Origin: Pseudomonadales bacterium
GTDB lineage: Bacteria > Pseudomonadota > Gammaproteobacteria > Pseudomonadales > Azotimanducaceae
NCBI GenBank assembly: GCA_040905125.1
Contig: JBBDSF010000111.1
Location: 13,058 to 77,057 of the forward strand
Reading direction: 5' to 3'
Length of the DNA stretch: 64,000 bases
The notes below the pieces were generated by a model that ran no database searches, had not been told where the DNA came from, and saw only the letters and a program-made list of their open reading frames with translations. Positions 52,787 through 61,171 of the stretch are shown here, piece by piece (the stretch's first letter is position 1; each line of letters begins with the position of its first letter). The translations under genes were made by a program, and so were the position numbers.

Positions 52787-52815
52787 ATCAACTACCTCAG
52801 TGGTAATCAACTACC
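52787..52815 (+). repeat. Two direct copies of ATCAACTACC, starts 19 bp apart
   Basis: gggATCAACTACCtcagtggtaATCAACTACCgctgg, in the divergent spacer between the DUF2834 gene and pstS. Confidence 0.8.
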
Positions 52816-52854
52816 GCTGGCGCGCGCACCGCCGCACACCCCTCGCGGCAAGGC

Positions 52855-52870
52855 TGGCACCCAACTTGCG
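52855..52870 (+). promoter_or_regulatory. Candidate sigma54 promoter upstream of pstS-like gene (TGGCAC-N5-TTGC)
   Basis: ggcTGGCACccaacTTGCgg. All 10 core positions match with correct GG/GC spacing, about 60 nt upstream of the ATG at 52931. Confidence 0.6.
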
Positions 52871-52906
52871 GTTTGTGTAACAAAACTGAATTGGCGAACT
52901 CTGTTC

Positions 52907-52915
52907 ATCAACTAC
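52907..52915 (+). repeat. Third copy of ATCAACTAC, between the sigma54-like promoter and the pstS ATG
   Basis: ctgttcATCAACTACttacaac, read directly from the sequence. Confidence 0.7.
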
Positions 52916-52930
52916 TTACAACAATTGCCG

Positions 52931-53743
52931 ATGAAACTTGTACGAACGCTTTTGCCAGCTGTGCTGACATGTGCGATAGCCGCATGCAGGCCTGCCCCAA
53001 CAAATGAATTGGTGATCACGGGCTCGAGTACCGTGGCGCCCCTCGTTGCAGAACTGGCCGCCGCGTTTGAGTCTCAACACCCCGGCTGGCGTATCGATGT
53101 GCAAAGCGGTGGCAGTAGTCGTGGTATCAGGGATGTTCGGCAGGGACTGGCAGATGCCGGCATGATCTCGCGCGCCCTCGCTACGGATGAACAGGACCTG
53201 ATTACACATACCCTCGCCATTGACGGCATCGCGCTGATCGTCCATGCCGATAATCCGCTAAAATCGCTATCCGATGATGAAATTCGACGGATCTATAGTG
53301 GCGATGAACAAACATGGTCAGCCTTGGGCGGTCATAATCGGCCGATCACGGTCATCAACAAGGCGGAAGGACGCGCCACCTTGAAGGTTTTTCTGGCCCA
53401 TATTGAACTGGATAACCGGGTCGTGGAGGCGGACCTGATTGCCGGCGAAAATCAGCAGGTGGTAGAAACGGTTGCGCGCGATCCCGCTGCCATAGGTTAC
53501 GTCTCTATCGGTACGGCGAAGTATGAGATGGACAATGGCGCTTCGATAAAATTGCTGCTCTTGGCCGGGTACGAGGCAACGGTGGCCAATGTGCAAGCCG
53601 GTGATTATCCCCTGAGCCGGCCGTTGAACCTGGTAACACGCAATGAGCCGAATGAAGACCTGGCAGCTTTTATGAAATTTTGGCGTACGCCGGAGGCAAC
53701 CGAAATCATCCAGAGGCACTATTTTGTCCCGGCAACGGAATGA
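52931..53743 (+). CDS. pstS: Phosphate ABC transporter substrate-binding lipoprotein (PstS family)
   Basis: Signal/lipobox MKLVRTLLPAVLTCAIAAC, then ITGSSTVAPL and QSGGSSRGI phosphate-binding motifs. The track start at 52754 is rejected. Confidence 0.8.
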   Translation: MKLVRTLLPAVLTCAIAACRPAPTNELVITGSSTVAPLVAELAAAFESQHPGWRIDVQSGGSSRGIRDVRQGLADAGMISRALATDEQDLITHTLAIDGIALIVHADNPLKSLSDDEIRRIYSGDEQTWSALGGHNRPITVINKAEGRATLKVFLAHIELDNRVVEADLIAGENQQVVETVARDPAAIGYVSIGTAKYEMDNGASIKLLLLAGYEATVANVQAGDYPLSRPLNLVTRNEPNEDLAAFMKFWRTPEATEIIQRHYFVPATE

Positions 53744-54569
53744 GTTCTGGTTGTATTTCACACTGGCTTCTGCGGCGGGGCTCGCGGGTCTATTGCTGAT
53801 ACCAGTCGTGTTACTTTTAATCCTCGAAAGTCTGCCACTTCTGGCACCAGCAGCCCTGTGGGAATCGCTGACCTCCGCCGCCTGGCATCCCCGGGCAGGA
53901 GAGTTCGGTCTCCTCGCGATGATGGTGGCAAGCTTGTTGATCAGCGCGCTGGCTCTGGCCCTGGCCGCGCCACTGGGAATCTTGTATGCAGTATGGCTGA
54001 ACCTCTATCTTCCGCGCCGCTGGACAAACCGGCTGCGTCCGCTACAGGAATTACTTGCCGGGATTCCATCTGTCGTTTACGGGCTGTGGGGCCTCGTAGT
54101 CCTGGTGCCGATGATCAATAGCTACGCGCCACCCGGCGCGAGTCTGTTGGCCGCCGTCCTGGTGCTGGCACTGATGATTCTACCCTTCAGCGCATTAGTG
54201 ACTGACGCGGCGTTACAAGCCCCTATCCGGCATCGAATGTCCGCGGCACAGGCATTGGCCGTGTCGCGCTGGGGAACCTTCCGTCGAGTCCTCTGGCCTG
54301 AAGCGCGCGCAACCATTATTGGTGGCATCGTCTTGCAATTCGGGCGCGCCCTCGGGGAAACATTGGCGGTTGTGATGGTCGCGGGAAACGTTGTGCAGTT
54401 TCCTGGCTCACTGTTTGACCCGGTGCGCACTCTCACGGCCAACATCGCCCTGGAAATGAGCTATGCCACCGGTACACATCACACTGCTCTGTTTTTGAGC
54501 GGACTGGTGCTGATGTTGATAACGCTCATACTCATGTTCCAGATTAATCGGCGCGGGGTGGCAATATGA
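53724..54569 (+). CDS. pstC: Phosphate ABC transporter permease PstC
   Basis: 6 TM helices and an EAA-type loop (ALGETLAV). The TTG start is uncertain. Confidence 0.85.
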   Translation: MSRQRNEFWLYFTLASAAGLAGLLLIPVVLLLILESLPLLAPAALWESLTSAAWHPRAGEFGLLAMMVASLLISALALALAAPLGILYAVWLNLYLPRRWTNRLRPLQELLAGIPSVVYGLWGLVVLVPMINSYAPPGASLLAAVLVLALMILPFSALVTDAALQAPIRHRMSAAQALAVSRWGTFRRVLWPEARATIIGGIVLQFGRALGETLAVVMVAGNVVQFPGSLFDPVRTLTANIALEMSYATGTHHTALFLSGLVLMLITLILMFQINRRGVAI

Positions 54570-55414
54570 CTATCGATCGTCGCGACTATGGCGGCTTCGT
54601 GCTTTGCAGTGTCGCCGGAATCACTGTCATTGTGCCCCTGGTATGGATGATTCTCGCCCTGGCGCAATCAGGCCTGCCGGGTCTCGAATGGGAATTTCTG
54701 GTGGCGGCACCTTCGCAGTCCGGTCGAGCGGGTGGCATTGGGCCAATGATTGTATCCACCGCCCTGATTCTGGGCGTATGTCTCGCTGCCATCATTCCTG
54801 TCGGACTCGGCACCTCACTTTATCTGAGTCAGTATGTTTCATCGACCAGCCCTCAGGCAAGCTGGTTGGGTTACTCCCTGGACGTCCTTGCCGGTACGCC
54901 TTCAATTGTCTTCGCCCTGTTCGGATATCAGTTCTTCGCCATCACTTTGGGCCTCGGTTTTTCCATTCTCGCCGGCGGCCTGACGCTTGCCTGCATGACA
55001 CTACCTTTGATGGTTCGTACCAGTGAGCAAGCCCTGCGGGCTGTACCACTGGAATTACATCAGGCGGGCGAGGCACTGGCGCTGTCCCGCCCCGGCATGA
55101 TCTGGCATGTGTTGCTACCCGCGGCCATGCCGGGCATCGTTGCGGGTACCATTTTGAGCATTGGACGAGCGCTGGCGGAGACGGCTGTACTTCTGTTCAC
55201 CGCAGGCTACGTGATGCGGCTTCCCGGCTCGCTGCTTGATTCCGGCCGTGCCTTGTCCGTTCACATTTTCGACATGGCCATGAACGTGCCCGGCGGTATG
55301 CCCGTCGCCTCACGAACCGCGTTGGTACTGCTAACACTGGTCATTTTGATTAATATCGGAGTCAGACGCATGCTCCTTCACCATAAACGGATTTACTATG
55401 AACAGACGAATTAG
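54566..55414 (+). CDS. pstA: Phosphate ABC transporter permease PstA
   Basis: 6 TM helices, ALAETAVLLFTAG, and an ATGA overlap with pstC. Confidence 0.85.
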   Translation: MTIDRRDYGGFVLCSVAGITVIVPLVWMILALAQSGLPGLEWEFLVAAPSQSGRAGGIGPMIVSTALILGVCLAAIIPVGLGTSLYLSQYVSSTSPQASWLGYSLDVLAGTPSIVFALFGYQFFAITLGLGFSILAGGLTLACMTLPLMVRTSEQALRAVPLELHQAGEALALSRPGMIWHVLLPAAMPGIVAGTILSIGRALAETAVLLFTAGYVMRLPGSLLDSGRALSVHIFDMAMNVPGGMPVASRTALVLLTLVILINIGVRRMLLHHKRIYYEQTN

Positions 55415-56234
55415 TATGTCCGATAACGCGACCACATTTGCCAATGAGCATACCCAATCGAATCGCACCGCCCCCGAGGTTTCAATCGTGGGTCTGTCCG
55501 TTTACTACGGCAATACGGCAGCGATTACAAACGCCACACTGACCGTTCCCGGCGGATCGCTCATGGCACTTGTTGGCCCCAGCGGTTGCGGCAAGACCAG
55601 TCTGTTAAATTGTATCAATCGCATGAACGACACCATTGCCGATTGCCGAGTTGAAGGGCGGATAACCATTGACGACCTCGACGTTCAGGATCCATCCGTG
55701 GACGTCAATCTATTGCGTCAGCGTGTGGGTATGGTATTTCAGCAACCAAACCCATTTCCACTTTCCATCGCCGAGAACATACACTTTCCCTTACGTGAAC
55801 ACGGCGTACATCGTCGTGCCGAGCTCGATAAAAGAACCATGAAGGTGCTCAATGCCGTGGGCTTGTGGGACGAAGTCAAGGACCGACTTCGATCATCCGC
55901 TTTGTCCCTCTCGGGTGGTCAACAACAACGACTATGCATCGCAAGGGCGCTGGCACTGGAGCCGGAAGTTCTGTTGCTGGACGAGCCATGTTCGGCACTG
56001 GATCCACTGGCAACTGAGCAGATTGAACGGTTGATCGAGGATCTCAAACAACAATATACATTGTTAATGGTTACCCATAACCTCGCACAGGCACGCCGGG
56101 TTGCCGATCACGTTACGGTGTGCTGGATAGACGAAAACTGTGGTTGTGTCGTCGAATCAGGCAGCCGCGAAAGTATATTCATCAACTCCGATCACCCGGT
56201 GACGAAAGCATATTGCCGTGGCGACAAGGGCTAA
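55398..56234 (+). CDS. pstB: Phosphate ABC transporter ATP-binding protein PstB
   Basis: GPSGCGKTS, LSGGQQQRLCIARA and LLLDEPCSALDP. An alternative start at 55416 is possible. Confidence 0.92.
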   Translation: MNRRISMSDNATTFANEHTQSNRTAPEVSIVGLSVYYGNTAAITNATLTVPGGSLMALVGPSGCGKTSLLNCINRMNDTIADCRVEGRITIDDLDVQDPSVDVNLLRQRVGMVFQQPNPFPLSIAENIHFPLREHGVHRRAELDKRTMKVLNAVGLWDEVKDRLRSSALSLSGGQQQRLCIARALALEPEVLLLDEPCSALDPLATEQIERLIEDLKQQYTLLMVTHNLAQARRVADHVTVCWIDENCGCVVESGSRESIFINSDHPVTKAYCRGDKG

Positions 56235-56242
56235 TAATTACA

Positions 56243-58231
56243 CTAACGGATAACGGACCACAGGTTCGAGAATTCGTCACGCCACAGAATCTTATCGTCG
56301 GGGGGCGCCTTCCAGTGAGAAAAATCTTCTGCCAGTGGCTCCAATGCGGACGGGTCCGGCGCCAACGAAACCCAAACAGCCGGAAACTTGTGCATGGACG
56401 GGTCGCCGGCGGATTCATGGTATAAGATCGCAAGATCCAGTTCGTGCGCTATCGCGTTAAGTACCGGCAACAGATCAACATGCTGATTCGAGATGTGGTA
56501 TGCAATCACGCCATCCGACTTCAGATGTTGCAATAATTCTTCAATGGCTTCCAGCGTTGCCAGATGGACGGGTATGGAGCCACTGGTAAACACATCCATA
56601 ACAATCAGGTCGTAAATATTTGCGGGTCTTTCGCGCATTTTGATGCGGGCATCGCCAACATGATAATGAAGTGTGGAATCCGATTCAGGCAACACGGAAA
56701 AAAAACGGTTTGCTATGTCGATCACCGCCGGGTCAAGCTCGAACAGATCGAACGTATCATTTTCGTCGCCAAACTCAACCACGGTACCGATTCCCAAACC
56801 TACAACAGCAATCCGTGAAGGATTTTCAGTTTCAAACAAGTCAGGCACGCCGGTGCCTTCATGATAGTAGGCAATCGGCAGGTGCTCCAAAGGTTCCTCC
56901 GAGAACTGTCGTCCATGAACATGCGTACCGGCCACCAGACTCCTGGTCGTGTATGGATCAGCCGACGTACGTACCGCGTACGTGCTGTAGAAGGTACGCG
57001 TCTGATAAAGGGTCTTACCCGTAAACCCTGTTTCCTGCATTACATAGGACATGGCAAAGGAAGTCATGGTGGCGCCGCGGAACAACCATACGGTGAGTTT
57101 CTGCATCGAAAACCGACTGACAATAATGTAATAAACTGCAACTATGATGACGACGTAGAATTCAAAGGTGGAATCGAACATTATGGGCGCAATCACGGCT
57201 GCGAGAATTCCGCCAAGACTGCCGCCTGCTGCCAGCTGTAGGTAGAAGTCTGTCAAATCCTCTTTATGCGGTTTGCTGCGTTCGAGATCGCCATGAAAAA
57301 TCATGCAAACACAAAAGAGGCAACTCAATGCGGCGATAATCTTGAAGCCGAAGCTGAATTCATAGTAGCCACCGGCGGCTATCAGCAACAGGAGTATTGA
57401 ACCAACGCCAACGAGTGTACGCAGGTTACCGGGTACAGATATGACCGGGAAAAGAAAGCAAATAATAAACGTGAGCAGATAAAGGCTGAGAGGTATCACC
57501 CACAGAAGTGGCAGATTGGCCAGATCCACCGTCAGGAAATGTGTAATAACCACTAGTAACGCAGACGGCACCATGGCCAGAAATATCCACCGCAACCGTA
57601 GATTGTGAGTCAATTCGATTCGATTCGTGATACCAGGCAGTACGGGCCGGCGGTTATACATCAGATACAGGACAATCGCAGTAGCAAGAAGCGTTGTGTA
57701 ACCGAGATAGAATCCGGTCCATAACCAGGACTGACCGGAGTTGGTAAGATAACGCTCCACCACAAACGGGTATATCAGTAACCCCGCCAGCGACCCCAGA
57801 TTCGAAACGCCATATTGAACATAGGGGCTGTGATGTACCGTCCGGGTGTCGTTGGCAATCCAGTACTGCAACGCCGGGCTGGTGGTAGCCAATAGCAGAT
57901 AAGGCACCCCGACTGATGAGGCCAGCACCAGAAACAGCTGGAATGCAGGTGGGTTGTCGCCGGAGCTGGGCATAGCCGGCGAAACAGGCAAATAAAACAT
58001 TGAAAGAAACAGCAGGCTGACCATAACCAACATGTGCCGCCGTATACCGATACGTCGTACCAGTACATGGGTCAGACCGTAACCGATCAGCAATGATAGC
58101 TGAAAGAATACCAGGCTGGTGATCCAGATGGATGCGCCCCCGCCAAAATGAGGCAAAAGCATTTTTGAGATAAGAGGCTGTACCAGAAACAGCAGGAAGG
58201 CGGACAGGCCGATGGTTAGAGAGTAGATCAC
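56243..58231 (-). CDS. Fused polytopic membrane domain + spermidine synthase-like (class I SAM-dependent aminopropyl/methyl-transferase) protein
   Basis: 662 aa with a GTG start. About 400 aa of TM helices, then a C-terminal domain with VVGLGIGT, DLIVMDVF and a spermidine-synthase-like fold. Confidence 0.7.
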   Translation of the reverse strand: MIYSLTIGLSAFLLFLVQPLISKMLLPHFGGGASIWITSLVFFQLSLLIGYGLTHVLVRRIGIRRHMLVMVSLLFLSMFYLPVSPAMPSSGDNPPAFQLFLVLASSVGVPYLLLATTSPALQYWIANDTRTVHHSPYVQYGVSNLGSLAGLLIYPFVVERYLTNSGQSWLWTGFYLGYTTLLATAIVLYLMYNRRPVLPGITNRIELTHNLRLRWIFLAMVPSALLVVITHFLTVDLANLPLLWVIPLSLYLLTFIICFLFPVISVPGNLRTLVGVGSILLLLIAAGGYYEFSFGFKIIAALSCLFCVCMIFHGDLERSKPHKEDLTDFYLQLAAGGSLGGILAAVIAPIMFDSTFEFYVVIIVAVYYIIVSRFSMQKLTVWLFRGATMTSFAMSYVMQETGFTGKTLYQTRTFYSTYAVRTSADPYTTRSLVAGTHVHGRQFSEEPLEHLPIAYYHEGTGVPDLFETENPSRIAVVGLGIGTVVEFGDENDTFDLFELDPAVIDIANRFFSVLPESDSTLHYHVGDARIKMRERPANIYDLIVMDVFTSGSIPVHLATLEAIEELLQHLKSDGVIAYHISNQHVDLLPVLNAIAHELDLAILYHESAGDPSMHKFPAVWVSLAPDPSALEPLAEDFSHWKAPPDDKILWRDEFSNLWSVIR

Positions 58232-58294
58232 GCCGAGGCTTTCGCCATCACTACGGATGGATATCGGTACCTTCTTCTTATTTGATTTGTTGGT

Positions 58295-58759
58295 CTATTC
58301 AGACTCTTCCAGCATGTAGTCGACCAGCGCCTTCAGCTCCTCGTCGGAACAATTAAAACAGGTCCCCTTGGCGGGCATCGCGGGAGGCATCCCCTCAATA
58401 GCGCTGGCATACAAGGTATCTATACCCTTGTCCAGCCTTTTTCCCCATTCTTCGGTATCACCCAATTTGGGCGCGTCCGCGACGCCTGCGTCATGGCAGT
58501 TCGCGCAGGTTTTATTGTAGGTAGCCGCAATATCACCATCGCCGTTAGCCTGGTCCGTGTCGCCCGAATCTGCGGTTGCTGTGGGCTCGGTAGCTGCCGA
58601 GCCGTCGCTGTCCCCTTCGCCGGGACATTCCTGACCTTCTATACAAACCTTGCCAACTTTCTGGATTCGCTCCGCTATTTTTTCTTCTACTGTCGCGGCC
58701 ATGGCCAGGTGGGCCAATCCGGCGACAATGACGAACAACATCAAAATACTCTTTTTCAC
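58295..58759 (-). CDS. Cytochrome c5-family monohaem cytochrome
   Basis: GTG start at 58759 gives a signal anchor VKKSILMLFVIVAGLAHLAMA. CANCHD haem motif, a distal Met (MPPAMP) and a C-terminal Cys pair (CFNC). Confidence 0.75.
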   Translation of the reverse strand: MKKSILMLFVIVAGLAHLAMAATVEEKIAERIQKVGKVCIEGQECPGEGDSDGSAATEPTATADSGDTDQANGDGDIAATYNKTCANCHDAGVADAPKLGDTEEWGKRLDKGIDTLYASAIEGMPPAMPAKGTCFNCSDEELKALVDYMLEESE

Positions 58760-58845
58760 AACAAAATTCCCGGTTTCTAAAAACGGTGTGTCTGGCCCAA
58801 ACGCGCGCAATTATAACCTAATCATGGGGCTTAGGTCATATTGCC

Positions 58846-60366
58846 TCAGTTGGTCTCATCAAAGTCCCGGTGACGGTTGAACTGGAATACAGTGGATGTT
58901 CCCGCTTCCACCACGGACTGCTCGGAAACCATGGTCAAAACCGCCTGTTCCCTGAATTCAGGCAGCGATTGAGCGCCGACATTGACCATGGTACTGCGTA
59001 GCTTGAACAAGGTGGTTTCGAGCACTTCAGTCAAACTGCCTACCAGCGGAACATAGGCGTCTACACCTTCCTCGAACATGAGTTCTCGCGAACTCATGCT
59101 GTCTTCATAACGTTGCCAGTTCTGCGCCCGACGCGTGCCTTCTCCCCAATAAGGCTTGTACATCTGTCCATTGATCGAGGTCTTGGGAGTCGGACTTTCT
59201 TCCGTCATGGCGAAGTAGCGACCCATCATAACGAAGTCGGCACCCATGGCCAGGGCAATAACGATCTGCGTATCATTGGCCAGGCCGCCATCCGAGCAAA
59301 TCGGAATATAGCGGCCTGTCTCCCTATGGTATTGGTCACGACGACTGACAATGTCCAGCAAGGCCGAAGCCTGGCCGCGACCCACGCCTTTTTGCTCTCG
59401 TGTGATACAAATCGAACCACCGCCCATACCAACCTTGATGAAGTCTACGCCGCTATCTTCGACCAGATAGTCGAAACCTTCGGCCGAAACGACATTACCA
59501 CCACCGATAACAATCTCATGACCGAAATTTTCGCGGATCCAGCGGATACCTTCCCGTTGATACTCGGTAAAACCATCCGATGAATCGAAACACAGCACGT
59601 CGACGCCGGCTTCGATCAACGCAGGAACCCGTTCTTGATAATCGTGGGTGTTTATGGCCGCACCAACACAGAGCCGCTTGGATTCATCCAATAGTTCCAT
59701 CGGGTGGCGGCGATGATCTTCATAATCCTTTTTGAACACCAGCGCGGTCAACTTCCCTTTTTTATCCAAAATAGGCAGGCAATCCTTCTTGTGCTGGTGC
59801 AGCAGTTGATTGGCTTCCCGCAGGGTGATCCCATCCCAACCGTGGATCACGTCTTCAATAGGCGTCATATGTTCACCTACCGTACGGTCCAGATCGTCCT
59901 CGAACTCCCAGAAATCCTGATCTGTAATTAACCCTAGCAATTTGCCTGTGGCTGTGCCGTCATCGGTCACAGGCACGGTGGAATGGCCGGTTCTTTGCAT
60001 CAATTCGGTTACTTCTCGCAAAGTCGTTTCCCGCTTGGCATTAGAGTCACTTTGTACAAATCCGGCCTTGTGGCTTTTGACTTCGTGCACCATCTTCGCC
60101 TGCTCGCTGACCGGTTGTGAACAGAAGATAAAACCAAGGCCACCCTGGCGAGCCAGCCCAATGGATAATTTAGTACCCGAAACTGCCTGCATGGACGCAG
60201 ACACCATGGGTATATTCATCTTGAATCGTGGCAACTGGTTGTCTCCCACCGGGGATAACAGGGCGCTCAAATCCACATCGCGCGCTTGCAGCCCTTTGCG
60301 GGTTAACCGTGGAATCAGCAAGTACTCGGAAAAGGTTCGGGATATATCTTCGAGAATCTTCGCCAT
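58846..60366 (-). CDS. guaB: IMP dehydrogenase, Tritrichomonas/Bacteroidetes-like type with CBS pair
   Basis: 506 aa. N-terminal TFSEYLLIPRLT, the catalytic Cys loop GMGGGSICITREQKGVGRGQ, SDGG, and GADFVMMGRYFA. Confidence 0.85.
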   Translation of the reverse strand: MAKILEDISRTFSEYLLIPRLTRKGLQARDVDLSALLSPVGDNQLPRFKMNIPMVSASMQAVSGTKLSIGLARQGGLGFIFCSQPVSEQAKMVHEVKSHKAGFVQSDSNAKRETTLREVTELMQRTGHSTVPVTDDGTATGKLLGLITDQDFWEFEDDLDRTVGEHMTPIEDVIHGWDGITLREANQLLHQHKKDCLPILDKKGKLTALVFKKDYEDHRRHPMELLDESKRLCVGAAINTHDYQERVPALIEAGVDVLCFDSSDGFTEYQREGIRWIRENFGHEIVIGGGNVVSAEGFDYLVEDSGVDFIKVGMGGGSICITREQKGVGRGQASALLDIVSRRDQYHRETGRYIPICSDGGLANDTQIVIALAMGADFVMMGRYFAMTEESPTPKTSINGQMYKPYWGEGTRRAQNWQRYEDSMSSRELMFEEGVDAYVPLVGSLTEVLETTLFKLRSTMVNVGAQSLPEFREQAVLTMVSEQSVVEAGTSTVFQFNRHRDFDETN

Positions 60367-60523
60367 TTATAACTCCTGACTACCATGAAAATTATACATA
60401 GTTTCACACATTGGAATGAGTGAAATTTGGGGTGCTTTAAAACAATCGTTTTGAAGCTCAGACAGGCGAGGAATCAGGATTGCTGATTGACAGCAGTGTC
60501 TCAGGGGGACTGAGATGGTTCTG

Positions 60524-60543
60524 GAATTCGCCATGGCGAATTC
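60524..60543. repeat. 20-bp perfect palindrome GAATTCGCCATGGCGAATTC
   Basis: Read directly from the sequence, in the 460-bp divergent spacer between the IMPDH gene and the ihfB-like gene. Confidence 0.85.
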
Positions 60544-60654
60544 TAGGCAAAAAGGAATGGGGTTTCAATGCGAGTCATGATTTTTTGATTCAGAGAGCTC
60601 AGGGCTCAACCGTCGTGCTCAGCACAAGATGAATATGCAGAGGTAGAATTCACT

Positions 60655-60688
60655 TGTCTCGCAGGCAACCCGCTCAGCCTGCGAGACA
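60655..60688. other. Stem-loop with 12-bp perfect stem (TGTCTCGCAGGC/GCCTGCGAGACA) and 10-nt loop, no flanking U-tract
   Basis: Read directly from the sequence. Function unknown. Confidence 0.8.
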
Positions 60689-60766
60689 GCGCGCAAGCTG
60701 GTACCGGCTTTGAGCTGACAGATAACACCTTTTTAATTAAGTACTTTAGTTTATAGCTATAACATA

Positions 60767-60794
60767 TTGATAGTAAACGAGGTTTCTATATGGT
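60767..60794 (+). promoter_or_regulatory. Candidate sigma70 promoter for the ihfB-like gene (TTGATA-N16-TATGGT)
   Basis: Hexamers read directly from the sequence, about 35 nt upstream of the ATG at 60827. Confidence 0.3.
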
Positions 60795-60826
60795 ATAAGG
60801 TTCTTACGGAATACAGGGCGCCTACA

Positions 60827-61171
60827 ATGTCCATGAACAAGTCGGAACTCATCAAGCGCATGTCTGGTCGACTCGATCAGTTGACGACTCGGGACGTGGA
60901 TTTGGCCGTTCATACGATTCTTGAACTCATGTCCGAAAGCCTGGCAAACGGTAACCGCATCGAAATCAGGGGCTTCGGTACCTTCTGCAATCACTTCCGT
61001 AAGTCACGCACGGTTCGCAATCCCAGAACCGGCGAAGTCGGTATTTTCAAGCCGGGAAAATTCGTGCCTCATTTCAAGCCGGGCAAGAATCTGAAGCGGC
61101 GCGTCAACGCCTCTCGTGTTGAAAGTGCCACATTTCAGGCCGGCAACGATGAATACACACTCAAATCATGA
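60827..61171 (+). CDS. ihfB: Integration host factor beta-subunit-like DNA-binding protein (HU/IHF family)
   Basis: 114 aa with KSELIKRM, RIEIRGFGTF, RNPRTGE and VPHFKPGK motifs of the IhfB type, plus a ~20-aa C-terminal extension. The track start at 60767 is rejected. Confidence 0.7.
   Translation: MSMNKSELIKRMSGRLDQLTTRDVDLAVHTILELMSESLANGNRIEIRGFGTFCNHFRKSRTVRNPRTGEVGIFKPGKFVPHFKPGKNLKRRVNASRVESATFQAGNDEYTLKS

Noticed and set aside
52901-52920. Possible Pho box CTGTTCATCAACTACTTACA upstream of pstS.
   Set aside because: The first heptamer matches 4 of 7 and the second only 2 of 7 positions of CTGTCAT-N4-CTGTCAC.
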